Source: Anaerolineae bacterium (lineage in GTDB: Bacteria; Chloroflexota; Anaerolineae; Anaerolineales; UBA4823). Taken from it: a DNA stretch of 64,000 nucleotides. This document shows, piece by piece, positions 9,118 through 17,889 of the stretch; position 1 is the stretch's first letter; the number at the start of each line of letters is the position of its first letter. Location of the stretch: NCBI GenBank assembly GCA_037439525.1, contig JBBIVW010000002.1, forward strand, positions 331,650 through 395,649, read 5' to 3'. Position numbers and translations under genes: made by a program. The notes below the pieces were generated by a model that did not search any database, had not been told where the DNA came from, and worked only from the letters and a program-made list of their open reading frames with translations.

Positions 9118-9747
9118 TTATTGAGTCAAAGCATTTTGGAGTTCTGTCAAAGCATTGGATAGGACATCCAGGTCGGATTGGGCTGCGTAAGCGTCTTTTT
9201 CCAGTTCCTGAAGCACCAGATCGAGGCGCACTTTCATACTATTGACCACACTGCGTTGGTACACAGGCAACTTTTGCTCCAACTCGTCCAGGAGATTTGC
9301 CGTGTTGCTCAAAGCCAGGTGCGCTTTTCCCGTGTCTTCCAACATGAGGGCAAGCTGCGCAGAGACCACATCCACGCGTATGTTCAAAATGAGGTTGAGT
9401 ATTTCGGCTTGCTCAATGCGATGAAGCAGCTTTTCATTCTCCTCTTGCAAGGCAGCGAGGCGAGCGGTTTGAGATTCGGCGGTTGCGCGGTCTGCTGTCG
9501 CTTGTTGGGATAACCCCAGGAGTTCGTTATCGGCCACCATTTTGCTCTGGCGCATGGGTACGTAAAGTGTGAATATCGCCAGGATGACACCCAATCCCAC
9601 CATGATGACCGCGCTGAGCACCCAGCGTAGAAACTTGCGGATCGGGGAGAGTGTGGGCATCTCTGAGAGGCTCTCTCCCTCTGTGGCTGCACCCTCTGAA
9701 TCAGGCAGGGATGTTTGCGGTTGCGAAGTGCTTTCTTTGTCTTCCAT
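9118..9747 (-). CDS. Single-pass membrane protein with extracytoplasmic coiled coil (HemX-like layout)
   Basis: Acidic/Ser-rich N-terminus, TM 'WVLSAVIMVGLGVILAIFTLYV', then heptad-rich sequence. RBS GGAGG lies upstream of the ATG. Confidence 0.6.
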   Translation of the reverse strand: MEDKESTSQPQTSLPDSEGAATEGESLSEMPTLSPIRKFLRWVLSAVIMVGLGVILAIFTLYVPMRQSKMVADNELLGLSQQATADRATAESQTARLAALQEENEKLLHRIEQAEILNLILNIRVDVVSAQLALMLEDTGKAHLALSNTANLLDELEQKLPVYQRSVVNSMKVRLDLVLQELEKDAYAAQSDLDVLSNALTELQNALTQ

Positions 9748-9766
9748 AAATAACCTCCAAAGTCGT

Positions 9767-10696
9767 TCAAGGAGTAGGGGTGGGGGTGAATGCAGACGAT
9801 AGAACCGGCGCAGGCGTTAGGGTACCCGTGCTTGAGAGCGTGGGTGAAGGAGTGGGGGTCGCGGTAGCGCTTGCTGGCAATCCGTGTTTCAGCAATTGCC
9901 AAGCAAGCTCAAGCGCTTCCGCCGCGATCACCGGCGCATCGGGTAGGTTCTGGCTGGCATCCTCCAGGTGTCCAATGATCTTGTCCAATGTCTCTAGCTG
10001 GAACTCCGGGACTTCAAGCGCACTGAGGATTTGCATGGCGGCTTCGATGTCTTGCTTTGCCAGGCCATAGTTATTTTGCACCAGTGAGAAACGGCTGCGG
10101 GTGAGCAATTCCATCGCCTTCACCAATTGAAGCTCGCGATACACTTTTTCGAGTGTCAGTTGACCCGCGGGGCTTAGTTCGAGATTTCCAACGCGCGCCT
10201 CTAAGGCATCGAAATCGTTGAGCAATGGTTCGATGGTTGCTTCTAACGTTGCTAAGTGTGCTTCGATCTGAGTTAGGGATTCACCCAGTTGCGCCAATTG
10301 GAGGGAAACAGACTCTTGAGTGGCAAGCAGATCCACCATCTGCGTTTCCTGTTTGGCAGCCAATTGTGCCGCCTGGCTGTTGAGACCATCCAGTAGTTGT
10401 TTGGTCGTGTCGTTGTCCGCTTCAATTTTGGAGAGGCGTTGCCGCATATCCTCCAGATGAGTCTGCAGATGTGCAGAAGCCTGTGCCTGGAGGGTCTGGT
10501 TTTGCTCTAAACTCCCCAGGCGTTGTTCCATCGGCTGGAGGTATTGTTGATACAGCATTGGGACGCCGAAGTACACCAACGCGGCGAACAACAAAATGGT
10601 AAGCACCAGAATCACAAGCCGAATCAAGGCGCGCAAGAAAGCCACAAAAGCCAGCCATAAGCGGCGCCCAAAAGAGGGAGGGTGGTTATCACTCAT
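9767..10696 (-). CDS. Single-pass membrane protein with long coiled coil and Pro/Thr-rich C-terminal tail
   Basis: TM 'LVILVLTILLFAALVYFGV', long Q/L/E-rich heptads, tail 'TATPTPSPTLSSTGTLTPAP...TPTPTP'. Start overlaps the upstream stop (ATGA). Confidence 0.6.
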   Translation of the reverse strand: MSDNHPPSFGRRLWLAFVAFLRALIRLVILVLTILLFAALVYFGVPMLYQQYLQPMEQRLGSLEQNQTLQAQASAHLQTHLEDMRQRLSKIEADNDTTKQLLDGLNSQAAQLAAKQETQMVDLLATQESVSLQLAQLGESLTQIEAHLATLEATIEPLLNDFDALEARVGNLELSPAGQLTLEKVYRELQLVKAMELLTRSRFSLVQNNYGLAKQDIEAAMQILSALEVPEFQLETLDKIIGHLEDASQNLPDAPVIAAEALELAWQLLKHGLPASATATPTPSPTLSSTGTLTPAPVLSSAFTPTPTP

Positions 10697-11577
10697 GGCA
10701 ACACCTCATTCAGCAATTGTTTTAACCCTTCCAGGAAGGTTTGGAAGCCATTAGTGCGAGTCTGAAGCTCTTCCACCTGACTTGCCAGGCTTACCAGTTG
10801 TTCGTTGAAAGTGGCGATTTGTGTGGAAAGGGCAGTTATATCGCGGTTCATCGCGCTCACCCCATCCTCCAGGCTGCTGATGCGACCCCCCAAGCCTTCC
10901 AGGTTATCCATACGCGTACGCAGGGTTTGCATGTTCTCTTCGAGCAAAGCAGATTGGCTTTGAAGGCTGGATACCTGATTGCGTAAATCGGCCACCTCGG
11001 CAGGTCGAACGAACCTCAGACCACCATTGAGCAGAGCCAGGGTGCCCAGGGTGAGGAGGATCGAAATGATAAAGGTGATCAGGCTGCCGGCTGTGATCGC
11101 CCCCAACATCTCGGATTGGGTGACGCCCAAAGGGCTTGTTCTCGATACTTGGGGTTGAGGGATGGGCGCCCCTGGGGCTGCCTGCGCCTGATCCTGTTTG
11201 GGAGATGGCGCCGCCTCGAAGACTGCTTCAGGGGGCTCTTCCGCTTCGGCTTCTACAACCTCCTCCTGGCTTTCGACTGCTGGTGCCACCTCCGCTTCGG
11301 TCGTCGAATGCGGTTCCGATTGAACGGAGGCTTCGATGACCTCTTCGGGGAGATACTTTGTTATTGGTGCCTCCTCTATGGTGGATAATGATAGATAAGG
11401 CGAAAAGCGCGCCAGAGATGCTTGGCCCACGCCACTCACGCGCCGCAAGTCTTCAATGGATGAAAATGGGCGTGCCTGGATGATGCGTTCCGCAAGCTGA
11501 CGCCCAATGCCGGGAATTTGAGTCAATTCATCAAGGCTTGCGGTGTTTAGATCGAATTTTGGGTTATTCTGGTTCAT
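10693..11577 (-). CDS. N-terminal ComEA-like helix-hairpin-helix domain, acidic linker, TM helix and C-terminal coiled coil
   Basis: 'LNTASLDELTQIPGIGRQLAERIIQARPFSSIEDLRRVSGVGQASL' (HhH x2), TM 'AITAGSLITFIISILLTLGTLALL', then heptad repeats. Confidence 0.65.
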   Translation of the reverse strand: MNQNNPKFDLNTASLDELTQIPGIGRQLAERIIQARPFSSIEDLRRVSGVGQASLARFSPYLSLSTIEEAPITKYLPEEVIEASVQSEPHSTTEAEVAPAVESQEEVVEAEAEEPPEAVFEAAPSPKQDQAQAAPGAPIPQPQVSRTSPLGVTQSEMLGAITAGSLITFIISILLTLGTLALLNGGLRFVRPAEVADLRNQVSSLQSQSALLEENMQTLRTRMDNLEGLGGRISSLEDGVSAMNRDITALSTQIATFNEQLVSLASQVEELQTRTNGFQTFLEGLKQLLNEVLP

Positions 11578-11607
11578 GGTTCATCGCCTCTCTCGCTCAT
11601 CGCGAAA

Positions 11608-12456
11608 CTAAGCTGCTTTTTTACCGTTTCCAGGGATCGTTTGGGGCATCGGATAAGGGGTAGGGATGTATTCTACAGATGGACGACCTGTGCCTGCCTG
11701 GGGATAGAGATTCATGAGTTGATATACTTCGGTAGGCACTTCGGTTTTAATCGGCAAACCTAACGCCCGCGCCTCATCCACCGAGATGGGATAGTCGTGT
11801 GTCCAGCGTCCGCGGGAAAGCTCGTTCGCCAGATGCTCGGCTTCTTCTTTTGGCATACGTGTGCTAAGGATCCGAGTGACGGTTTCTTTGACCTGAGCAA
11901 GCGCTTTTTTGCCAATATCGGCAAGGATTAGAGTTTCATCGCTGACTTCGTTGATATCCTTTTGTTCTAGCACTTTCAAAATCGATGCCGCCGGATATTT
12001 TCCCACTTGGGGGTCAACCGGCCCAAGCACGGCGTTTTCGTCCATGACAATCTCGTCCGCTGCCAGGGCGATCAGCGTGCCCCCAGAGAGGGCGTAATGG
12101 GGTACGAACACAGTCACTTTTGCTGGATGGCGACAAAGGGCATAGGCAATCTGCTCTGCAGCCAATACCAAGCCACCCGGTGTATGCAAGATGAGGTCAA
12201 TGGGCACCTGTGCGTCGGTGAGTTTGATGGCACGCAAAATCTCTTCGGAGTCGGTGATGTCGATGAAACGTGAGAGGGGAAACCCCAGGAAAGACAGTCG
12301 TTCCTGGCGGTGGATCAGGGCAATGGCGCGCGTCTTTCTTTTCTCCTCTAATTGTCGCAGGAGTTTGGTGCGCGCAGCCTCCAGGATTTTTTGTCGGATG
12401 ATCGGTTGAAGGAAGGAGATGATCAAGAACAGGGTAAAGATGAGCGTGATGTCCAT
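11608..12456 (-). CDS. SDH-family (Clp/SppA-fold) membrane-anchored serine protease
   Basis: N-terminal TM, 'LILHTPGGLVLAAEQIA', 'ALSGGTLIALAADEIVM'. Family named from memory (serine dehydrogenase proteinase family). Confidence 0.7.
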   Translation of the reverse strand: MDITLIFTLFLIISFLQPIIRQKILEAARTKLLRQLEEKRKTRAIALIHRQERLSFLGFPLSRFIDITDSEEILRAIKLTDAQVPIDLILHTPGGLVLAAEQIAYALCRHPAKVTVFVPHYALSGGTLIALAADEIVMDENAVLGPVDPQVGKYPAASILKVLEQKDINEVSDETLILADIGKKALAQVKETVTRILSTRMPKEEAEHLANELSRGRWTHDYPISVDEARALGLPIKTEVPTEVYQLMNLYPQAGTGRPSVEYIPTPYPMPQTIPGNGKKAA

Positions 12457-12498
12457 AGCTCGCCAACCTCCTCGTGTGTGGTGAACCTACTCAAAACC

Positions 12499-13215
12499 TC
12501 AAAATGGCCAATACTCATCAGGATACTGCCGGTAATAGACTGCGCGGCGTGGGGTGAAGAAGCGATGAAAGAGCATGCCGAAGAAAAAGCCTCCAATATG
12601 TGCCCACCAGGCGACGCCTCCCATGATGCCGGTCTGGGGCAGGCTGAGCAAGCCCGAGAACAATTGAGATACGAACCATAGCCCGAGGTAAATCACGGCA
12701 GGGATCTCAACAAACCATGGGAGAAAGAAGAGGGGCACCAGAGAGATGACCCTGGAGCGTGGAAACAGGATGAAGTACGCGCCGAGCACCCCTGCGATCG
12801 CCCCGCTTGCCCCAATGGCGGGCACACGGCTCGCAGGAGCAATGGCAGACTGTGCCAGGCCGGCGATTACACCGCTGATGAGGTAAAAAATCAAATACCG
12901 CCCAGAGCCCATGCGGTCTTCTACGTTGTCACCAAAGATGAATAATGTCCACATATTCGAAAGGAAATGAAACCAGCCCCCGTGTAAGAACATGTGGGTA
13001 AATAGGGTGATCAAAGGTAGCGGGTTTGCCGCCAAGCTTAGCGGGTCGTTGAGGTGCAGTCGCGCTGGGACGATGCCAAACAAACTAATCAAGCGATTAA
13101 GTACCGTGGAGGGTAGAGATGCCTCCAACAGGAATACCAGCGTTGTGGCGCCAATCAGCAGCCAGTTGACAATGGGGAAAGAATGTGAGCGGATGGTGTC
13201 TTTGAGAGGTAACAT
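12499..13215 (-). CDS. Rhomboid-family intramembrane serine protease
   Basis: 'HGGWFHFLSNM', catalytic 'GASGAIAGVLGAY' and 'AHIGGFFFG'. Multiple TM helices. Confidence 0.9.
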   Translation of the reverse strand: MLPLKDTIRSHSFPIVNWLLIGATTLVFLLEASLPSTVLNRLISLFGIVPARLHLNDPLSLAANPLPLITLFTHMFLHGGWFHFLSNMWTLFIFGDNVEDRMGSGRYLIFYLISGVIAGLAQSAIAPASRVPAIGASGAIAGVLGAYFILFPRSRVISLVPLFFLPWFVEIPAVIYLGLWFVSQLFSGLLSLPQTGIMGGVAWWAHIGGFFFGMLFHRFFTPRRAVYYRQYPDEYWPF

Positions 13216-13323
13216 TTCCTGGCCTCCACGGGTAAATTAAGGGCGTATAGGAATTCTATCGCGAAATGGCGCCTTCAGGACTTGGTTTCTGGTTTTGGAT
13301 GAGCGATGACATCCCCTGGGTAT

Positions 13324-14064
13324 TCATGGGGCTCTTTTCAACACAAGGATCATCTCGGGGGAGGCAGGCGTAAAGGGGCTTCGCTCGAAATCCCCGTAGA
13401 TGGTCAGGGGTATAAGACCATTCGCGCGCACGCGCCTCAGTTCCTCATCAGTTGGATAGATATAATGGGTCGTGGATAGGGTGATGCGCTCGACCTGGCC
13501 TTGAGGCAAGAGATGATCGTAATGCCACAGAAGGGTAAACTCATTGCGCGTTCTCTGCCAGGCGCTGCTGATTTGCAACGGATTTCGGCTTTGTGGATGT
13601 TGGAGCACTTCCTCCAATTGCGATTCTCCGCACGCAGGCAGGTCTAAGAGGCGGTGTGGGTTAGGCAGGCTGATCACGCATACGCCCTCTGCATGAAGGT
13701 GCGCCTGGACGCGTTCGAGCAAGTTTTGGCGCGCTTCGCAGTTGAGCGTGCTATAGGTGTTGCATGGGATCAGAATGCTGCCAAAGCGAAGGCTCAGGTT
13801 GAATTGGCAAATGTCTGCCTGGATCAGCCAACACCTTTCTTGCAAGTGGCGAAGTGCCGCTTTTCGTTTGAGCAGCGCCAGCATTTCCGCATCGTGATCG
13901 ATTCCGATGAAGTGGAAGCCTTTGAGCAGCAAAGGGATATACACGCGGCCGCTGCCACACCCCAGCTCTAATCCTGGCATGGGAGTCATGGCTGCGATTC
14001 CCAGCCAGAACGGGAGGTCTTCCTGGTAGGTTTGATGCTGGGCATCGTATAGTAGGGCATGCAT
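13324..14064 (-). CDS. Class I SAM-dependent methyltransferase
   Basis: Motif I 'LELGCGSGRV', then 'IGIDHDAEML'. Start abuts the upstream stop (TAAATG). Confidence 0.8.
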   Translation of the reverse strand: MHALLYDAQHQTYQEDLPFWLGIAAMTPMPGLELGCGSGRVYIPLLLKGFHFIGIDHDAEMLALLKRKAALRHLQERCWLIQADICQFNLSLRFGSILIPCNTYSTLNCEARQNLLERVQAHLHAEGVCVISLPNPHRLLDLPACGESQLEEVLQHPQSRNPLQISSAWQRTRNEFTLLWHYDHLLPQGQVERITLSTTHYIYPTDEELRRVRANGLIPLTIYGDFERSPFTPASPEMILVLKRAP

Positions 14065-14853
14065 TTACTTTTTGTGTAAAAATTTTTCCACAGCTTCGAT
14101 ATGTTCTTGCCCAACCCAAAGTGAGGGAAATTGCGCCCGCTCGTAACCTTTAGCGGCTTCGCGGTTGGCGATCGACGCCACGCGGAGCAGGCGTTTGATG
14201 GCATATACCGTTTCTTGAGGTTTGTTGGAAATCTCTTCGGCAAGTTGCAAAGCGCTATCCAAGGATTTTCCAGGTGCAGAGAGGCGATTTGCTAAGCCAA
14301 AGGTATAAGCCTCTTCGGCGCTGAGGATGCGCCCCGTGGTCAGCCACTCCAAGGAGCGGCTGTAGCCCACCAGTTGTGCCAGGCGCAACCCACCGCCCCA
14401 GCCAGGGGTGAGGCCCAGTTCGACTTGAACGAATCCAATCGTGGCTTGCGGGTCGAATACGCGCAAGTCGCATGCCAGGCAGATTTCTGCGCCACCGCCT
14501 CGCGCTGCCCCGTTGACCGCCGCGATCGTTGGGCAGGGCAGGGCATGTAAGCCATCCAGCGCTGTGCTCATCAATTCAGAAAGCCTTTGCCCATCCTGAA
14601 AGGTGGGAGAGCGGATCAGCTCTTTCAAATCACCTCCTGCAATAAAGGCGCCACCCGCGCCGGTCAGCACCACAGCGCGTACCGATGGGTACGTGTGCAA
14701 GTCTTCGATCAGTCGCGAAAAGGTGTGCATGTCCTCCCAGTTCAATGCGTTGCGCACTTCGGGGCGCTGGACTTTAAGCAGAGCGACCTCTGGTAAGGGC
14801 CATTCTAATAAAATCGCCACCAGACCTCCTTGACGGTTGAGGATAAATCGCAT
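14065..14853 (-). CDS. Enoyl-CoA hydratase/isomerase (crotonase) family protein
   Basis: 'RNALNWEDM...VVLTGAGGAFIAGGDLKE...AAVNGAARGGGAEICLACDLR'. Start trimmed to ATG 14853 because the longer ORF runs through tRNA-Pro. Confidence 0.85.
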   Translation of the reverse strand: MRFILNRQGGLVAILLEWPLPEVALLKVQRPEVRNALNWEDMHTFSRLIEDLHTYPSVRAVVLTGAGGAFIAGGDLKELIRSPTFQDGQRLSELMSTALDGLHALPCPTIAAVNGAARGGGAEICLACDLRVFDPQATIGFVQVELGLTPGWGGGLRLAQLVGYSRSLEWLTTGRILSAEEAYTFGLANRLSAPGKSLDSALQLAEEISNKPQETVYAIKRLLRVASIANREAAKGYERAQFPSLWVGQEHIEAVEKFLHKK

Positions 14854-14859
14854 TATACT
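14830..14859 (+). promoter_or_regulatory. Candidate promoter of tRNA-Pro
   Basis: TTGACG (14830-14835), 18-nt spacer, TATACT (14854-14859), about 10 nt before the tRNA 5' end. Confidence 0.4.
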
Positions 14860-14868
14860 CAATTCCAT

Positions 14869-14943
14869 CGGGGCGTAGCGCAGTCCGGTCAGCGCACCGC
14901 GTTTGGGACGCGGGGGTCGGCGGTTCAAATCCGCCCGCCCCGA
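14869..14943 (+). tRNA. tRNA-Pro (anticodon TGG), CCA not encoded
   Basis: Hand-folded cloverleaf. Acceptor CGGGGCG/CGCCCCG, D stem GCGC/GCGC, anticodon stem CCGCG/CGCGG with loop TTTGGGA, T arm GGCGG-TTCAAAT-CCGCC, discriminator A. Confidence 0.9.
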
Positions 14944-14987
14944 CTGAATGAAGAGCATCATCGTATCCCACCGCTCTGGGAGGGTAT

Positions 14988-15299
14988 ATGGCAAAACAGA
15001 AACTTGACGGCGTCATCGAAGCAGTCCACTACCAGACCGATGGACAGGTAGATTGGGTGCGCGCCTATCTCAGGCGTGGCCCCGTTTTTTCTGATCTGGT
15101 GATTCTAGACCGACAAACACTCATCGACCTTCTGCGTTCAGGAAAGCGTTTTATGGTGGGTGAGCGCGTCGCATATATGGGCGCGCAATTCAACCTTTCG
15201 CATCCACTGCGCCTGGTGCAAAAGGATGGTAAAGCCGTTCTAGTCGTTGGCGATGGCGACGCGGAACACGACAGATTGGATGGGGTGCCGCAGCTCTAG
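14988..15299 (+). CDS. Small hypothetical protein (103 aa)
   Basis: Clean ORF with ATG start downstream of tRNA-Pro. No family recognised. Confidence 0.45.
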   Translation: MAKQKLDGVIEAVHYQTDGQVDWVRAYLRRGPVFSDLVILDRQTLIDLLRSGKRFMVGERVAYMGAQFNLSHPLRLVQKDGKAVLVVGDGDAEHDRLDGVPQL

Positions 15300-15549
15300 A
15301 GCGTAACCACATTCCATTGAACATATTCACATAATACGCTTGCGTGCCCGCGCGCGGGCGCGTAAGCGGTGCCTCATTTTTTTCCTGACATTGGGGGATG
15401 GATGTTCCATAAGAAATCGGCGTATAATTTAGCTGCCAGGAAGGCGACCTTGCCAAGGCCAGAACGCCATGTAGTGTTGCTCGTGGCTTCAAGCGTCTTG
15501 TGCCCCTGCAGGTCGAGCCTCAAGGTGATGAGAGCAAGGATGCTCCGCT

Positions 15550-16380
15550 ATGAAAATCATCGGTAAAGATGTCTATGTGAGAAAAAAGCAGAGACGCGCG
15601 GGTGCGCCGGTATGGTTGCAGCCTTTCCTCCCGCCGTTGCGCCTAACTCCTTCGGAGAATGTCGTCCAGGAACTTGAGCGATTGCTCGATGATCGCTTTG
15701 TGCTTTTATGTGATGTCCGCCTGGTCGGTGTCGATCACCCCGTGCCTTTTGTCCTCATCGGCCCCCCTGGAATTTACACCTTATTGATCAGCGAAGTCAG
15801 GAGGATGTACCGCGCAGTACAAGATGCTTGGGAAATCTACGACATCAAAGGTAAGAAGTATCGAAGTGCCCGCCCGAACCTCCTGCGCCATGCCGCCCTC
15901 TATGCTCACCTGGTGCAGGAGAAAGTGAATGCCCTCGGAGCAGGCATGCCCGCTGTGCAGGCGCTTCTGATCTTCGCCGATGCAGGGATTCACGTCGATA
16001 TGGACAAGCCCAGTGTACGCATTGTCTTGGCGGATGCTATTCAGCGCCTGGCGGTCAACCTATCTCGCAGTGAAAGGGTTTTGACGCGCGAGCAGGTAAA
16101 CCATGTGGTTGAGTACCTTTTGCGAGGAGGTAGCGCTACCCCCTCTGCACAGGAGGACGCGGAGATTCAGGACGCGTTTTCCTTTCGCGATTTGGATGAG
16201 GAGAAGCCTCGCGCCCCATCGCTGCTTTCTCGTCTGCCAAGCGAAGAACCGCGTGTGATTCGAAAGGTTGGCCAGCGCTTTGCCTGGAGCAAACGACAGT
16301 GGATTATTTTTGGCGTATTGTTGCTCATCAATATTCTCATTCTTTCGGCACTCATCTTGATCTTATGGATTTCGGCGTGA
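15550..16380 (+). CDS. NERD-like (nuclease-related) domain protein with C-terminal TM anchor
   Basis: 'FVLLCDVRLVGVDHPVPFVLIGPPGIYTLLISEVR' resembles the NERD core (D...D-h...E-x-K, here E-V-R). C-terminal 'WIIFGVLLLINILILSALILILWI'. Confidence 0.5.
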   Translation: MKIIGKDVYVRKKQRRAGAPVWLQPFLPPLRLTPSENVVQELERLLDDRFVLLCDVRLVGVDHPVPFVLIGPPGIYTLLISEVRRMYRAVQDAWEIYDIKGKKYRSARPNLLRHAALYAHLVQEKVNALGAGMPAVQALLIFADAGIHVDMDKPSVRIVLADAIQRLAVNLSRSERVLTREQVNHVVEYLLRGGSATPSAQEDAEIQDAFSFRDLDEEKPRAPSLLSRLPSEEPRVIRKVGQRFAWSKRQWIIFGVLLLINILILSALILILWISA

Positions 16381-16404
16381 CGCCATGAAACGGGGAAATG
16401 TGCC

Positions 16405-17193
16405 TTGAAAGCGCCTTTCTTATCGGTGATCATCCCGGCATACAATGAGGAAAATCGCCTGTTGAGCACTTTGAGCCAGGTGCACGATTTTATGGAGCAA
16501 CAGGAGTATTTTGCCGAGATTTGGGTGGCGGAGAATGGAAGCACTGACCGCACCTATGACATTGCCCAAGAATTTGCCGCGACCCACGCGCATGTCTTTG
16601 TTTTGAAGTTGCCCACGCGCGGAAAAGGCGGCGCGGTGAGGCAGGGAATGCTCCACGCACGGGGAGAGTATCGCTTTATGTGCGATGCCGACCTTTCTAT
16701 GCCTGTCCAGGAGATCAACCGCTTCTTACCTCCAGCTTTGCAGGAGGCAGACATTGCCATTGCCTCGCGTGAAGCGCCCGGAGCGGTGCGATACAATGAG
16801 CCTTTCTATCGCCATTGGGGGGGACGGGCGATCAACCTCCTTGTGCGTACCATGTTGCTCCCCGGTTTACGAGACACGCAGTGCGGCTTCAAGTGCTTTC
16901 GAGGAGCGGTGGCAGATGACCTTTTCGCGCAATTGACTTTACATGGCTGGTCGTTCGATATTGAACTGCTCTACCTGGCGCGACTGCGTGGCTATCGCAT
17001 TGTTGAAGTGCCTATCCCCTGGTATTTCAATCCCGAATCCAAACTCCACCTCGGGCGAGATGCGTTACGCATGGTGATGGACATGGCGTACATTCGTCGG
17101 AAGGCGCGGCAGGGTGAATATATGCATCGGGCGGTACTTCGGGCAAATTCGCCCGAGGAGCGCTCTGTGTATAAAGCCCGGAAGAATACCTGA
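16405..17193 (+). CDS. Family 2 glycosyltransferase (dolichyl/polyprenyl-phosphate glycosyltransferase-like)
   Basis: 'LSVIIPAYNEE', 'ENGSTDRT', 'CDADLS', 'DTQCGFK'. No in-frame ATG, so a TTG start is implied. Confidence 0.8.
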   Translation: MKAPFLSVIIPAYNEENRLLSTLSQVHDFMEQQEYFAEIWVAENGSTDRTYDIAQEFAATHAHVFVLKLPTRGKGGAVRQGMLHARGEYRFMCDADLSMPVQEINRFLPPALQEADIAIASREAPGAVRYNEPFYRHWGGRAINLLVRTMLLPGLRDTQCGFKCFRGAVADDLFAQLTLHGWSFDIELLYLARLRGYRIVEVPIPWYFNPESKLHLGRDALRMVMDMAYIRRKARQGEYMHRAVLRANSPEERSVYKARKNT

Positions 17194-17221
17194 GGTGAAC
17201 TTCCTCGAAAGTCTCAAAACC

Positions 17222-17854
17222 ATGAAGCCAGAGATGCACGCACCTCCCAGTCTAGATATCGAAATGGAGTTGTGGAAGCGCGGCGCTTATCCGGTTGCGG
17301 GCTTGGATGAGGTAGGCCGAGGCGCCTTGGCTGGTCCGGTGGTCGTCGCGGCGGTGATCCTGCCTCCAGAGGACGATCTTGTAGAGGCGTTGAACGGGGT
17401 GCGCGATTCCAAACAGATGAGTCCTGCACAGCGGCACCGTTGGTCACAGCGCATTCAAGCGCTTGCTGCCTCCTGGTCGATTGGCTGGGCATCGAATGAG
17501 GAAGTGGATCAATACGGCATCGTGAAATCGGTGCAAACAGCGGCTTTGCGCGCCCTGGCGGATTTACCGGTGCAGCCCGAACACTTGCTTTTGGATTACA
17601 TGCACTTCCTGGATCATCCCGCTCAGCAGACTCGGCTGATCAAGGGCGATCAGCGCTCGTTGAGCATTGCTGCAGCTTCTATCCTTGCTAAGGTATGGCG
17701 GGATGAGCTCTTGTGCCGGCTTGATGCACTCTACCCGCAATATGATTTCAAGCACAATAAAGGCTATGGCAGCCGCGCTCATCGCCAGGCGCTGGTACAA
17801 TTTGGGCTTACTCCTATTCACCGCCGCAGTTTCTCTTATAAGAAACCGACATAA
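17222..17854 (+). CDS. rnhB: Ribonuclease HII
   Basis: 'GLDEVGRGALAGPVVVAAV', 'DSKQMS', 'ASILAKVWRD', 'GYGS..H'. Start moved to ATG 17222, downstream of the GT2 stop at 17193. Confidence 0.9.
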   Translation: MKPEMHAPPSLDIEMELWKRGAYPVAGLDEVGRGALAGPVVVAAVILPPEDDLVEALNGVRDSKQMSPAQRHRWSQRIQALAASWSIGWASNEEVDQYGIVKSVQTAALRALADLPVQPEHLLLDYMHFLDHPAQQTRLIKGDQRSLSIAAASILAKVWRDELLCRLDALYPQYDFKHNKGYGSRAHRQALVQFGLTPIHRRSFSYKKPT

Positions 17855-17889
17855 CCGATCCCTGAATATCTCTTGCATGGAGGAAGACG

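Noticed and set aside
14854-14994. N-terminal 47-codon extension of the crotonase ORF (track start 14994)
   Set aside because: The extension runs antisense through the complete tRNA-Pro gene (14869-14943) and its promoter. The crotonase fold begins after ATG 14853.
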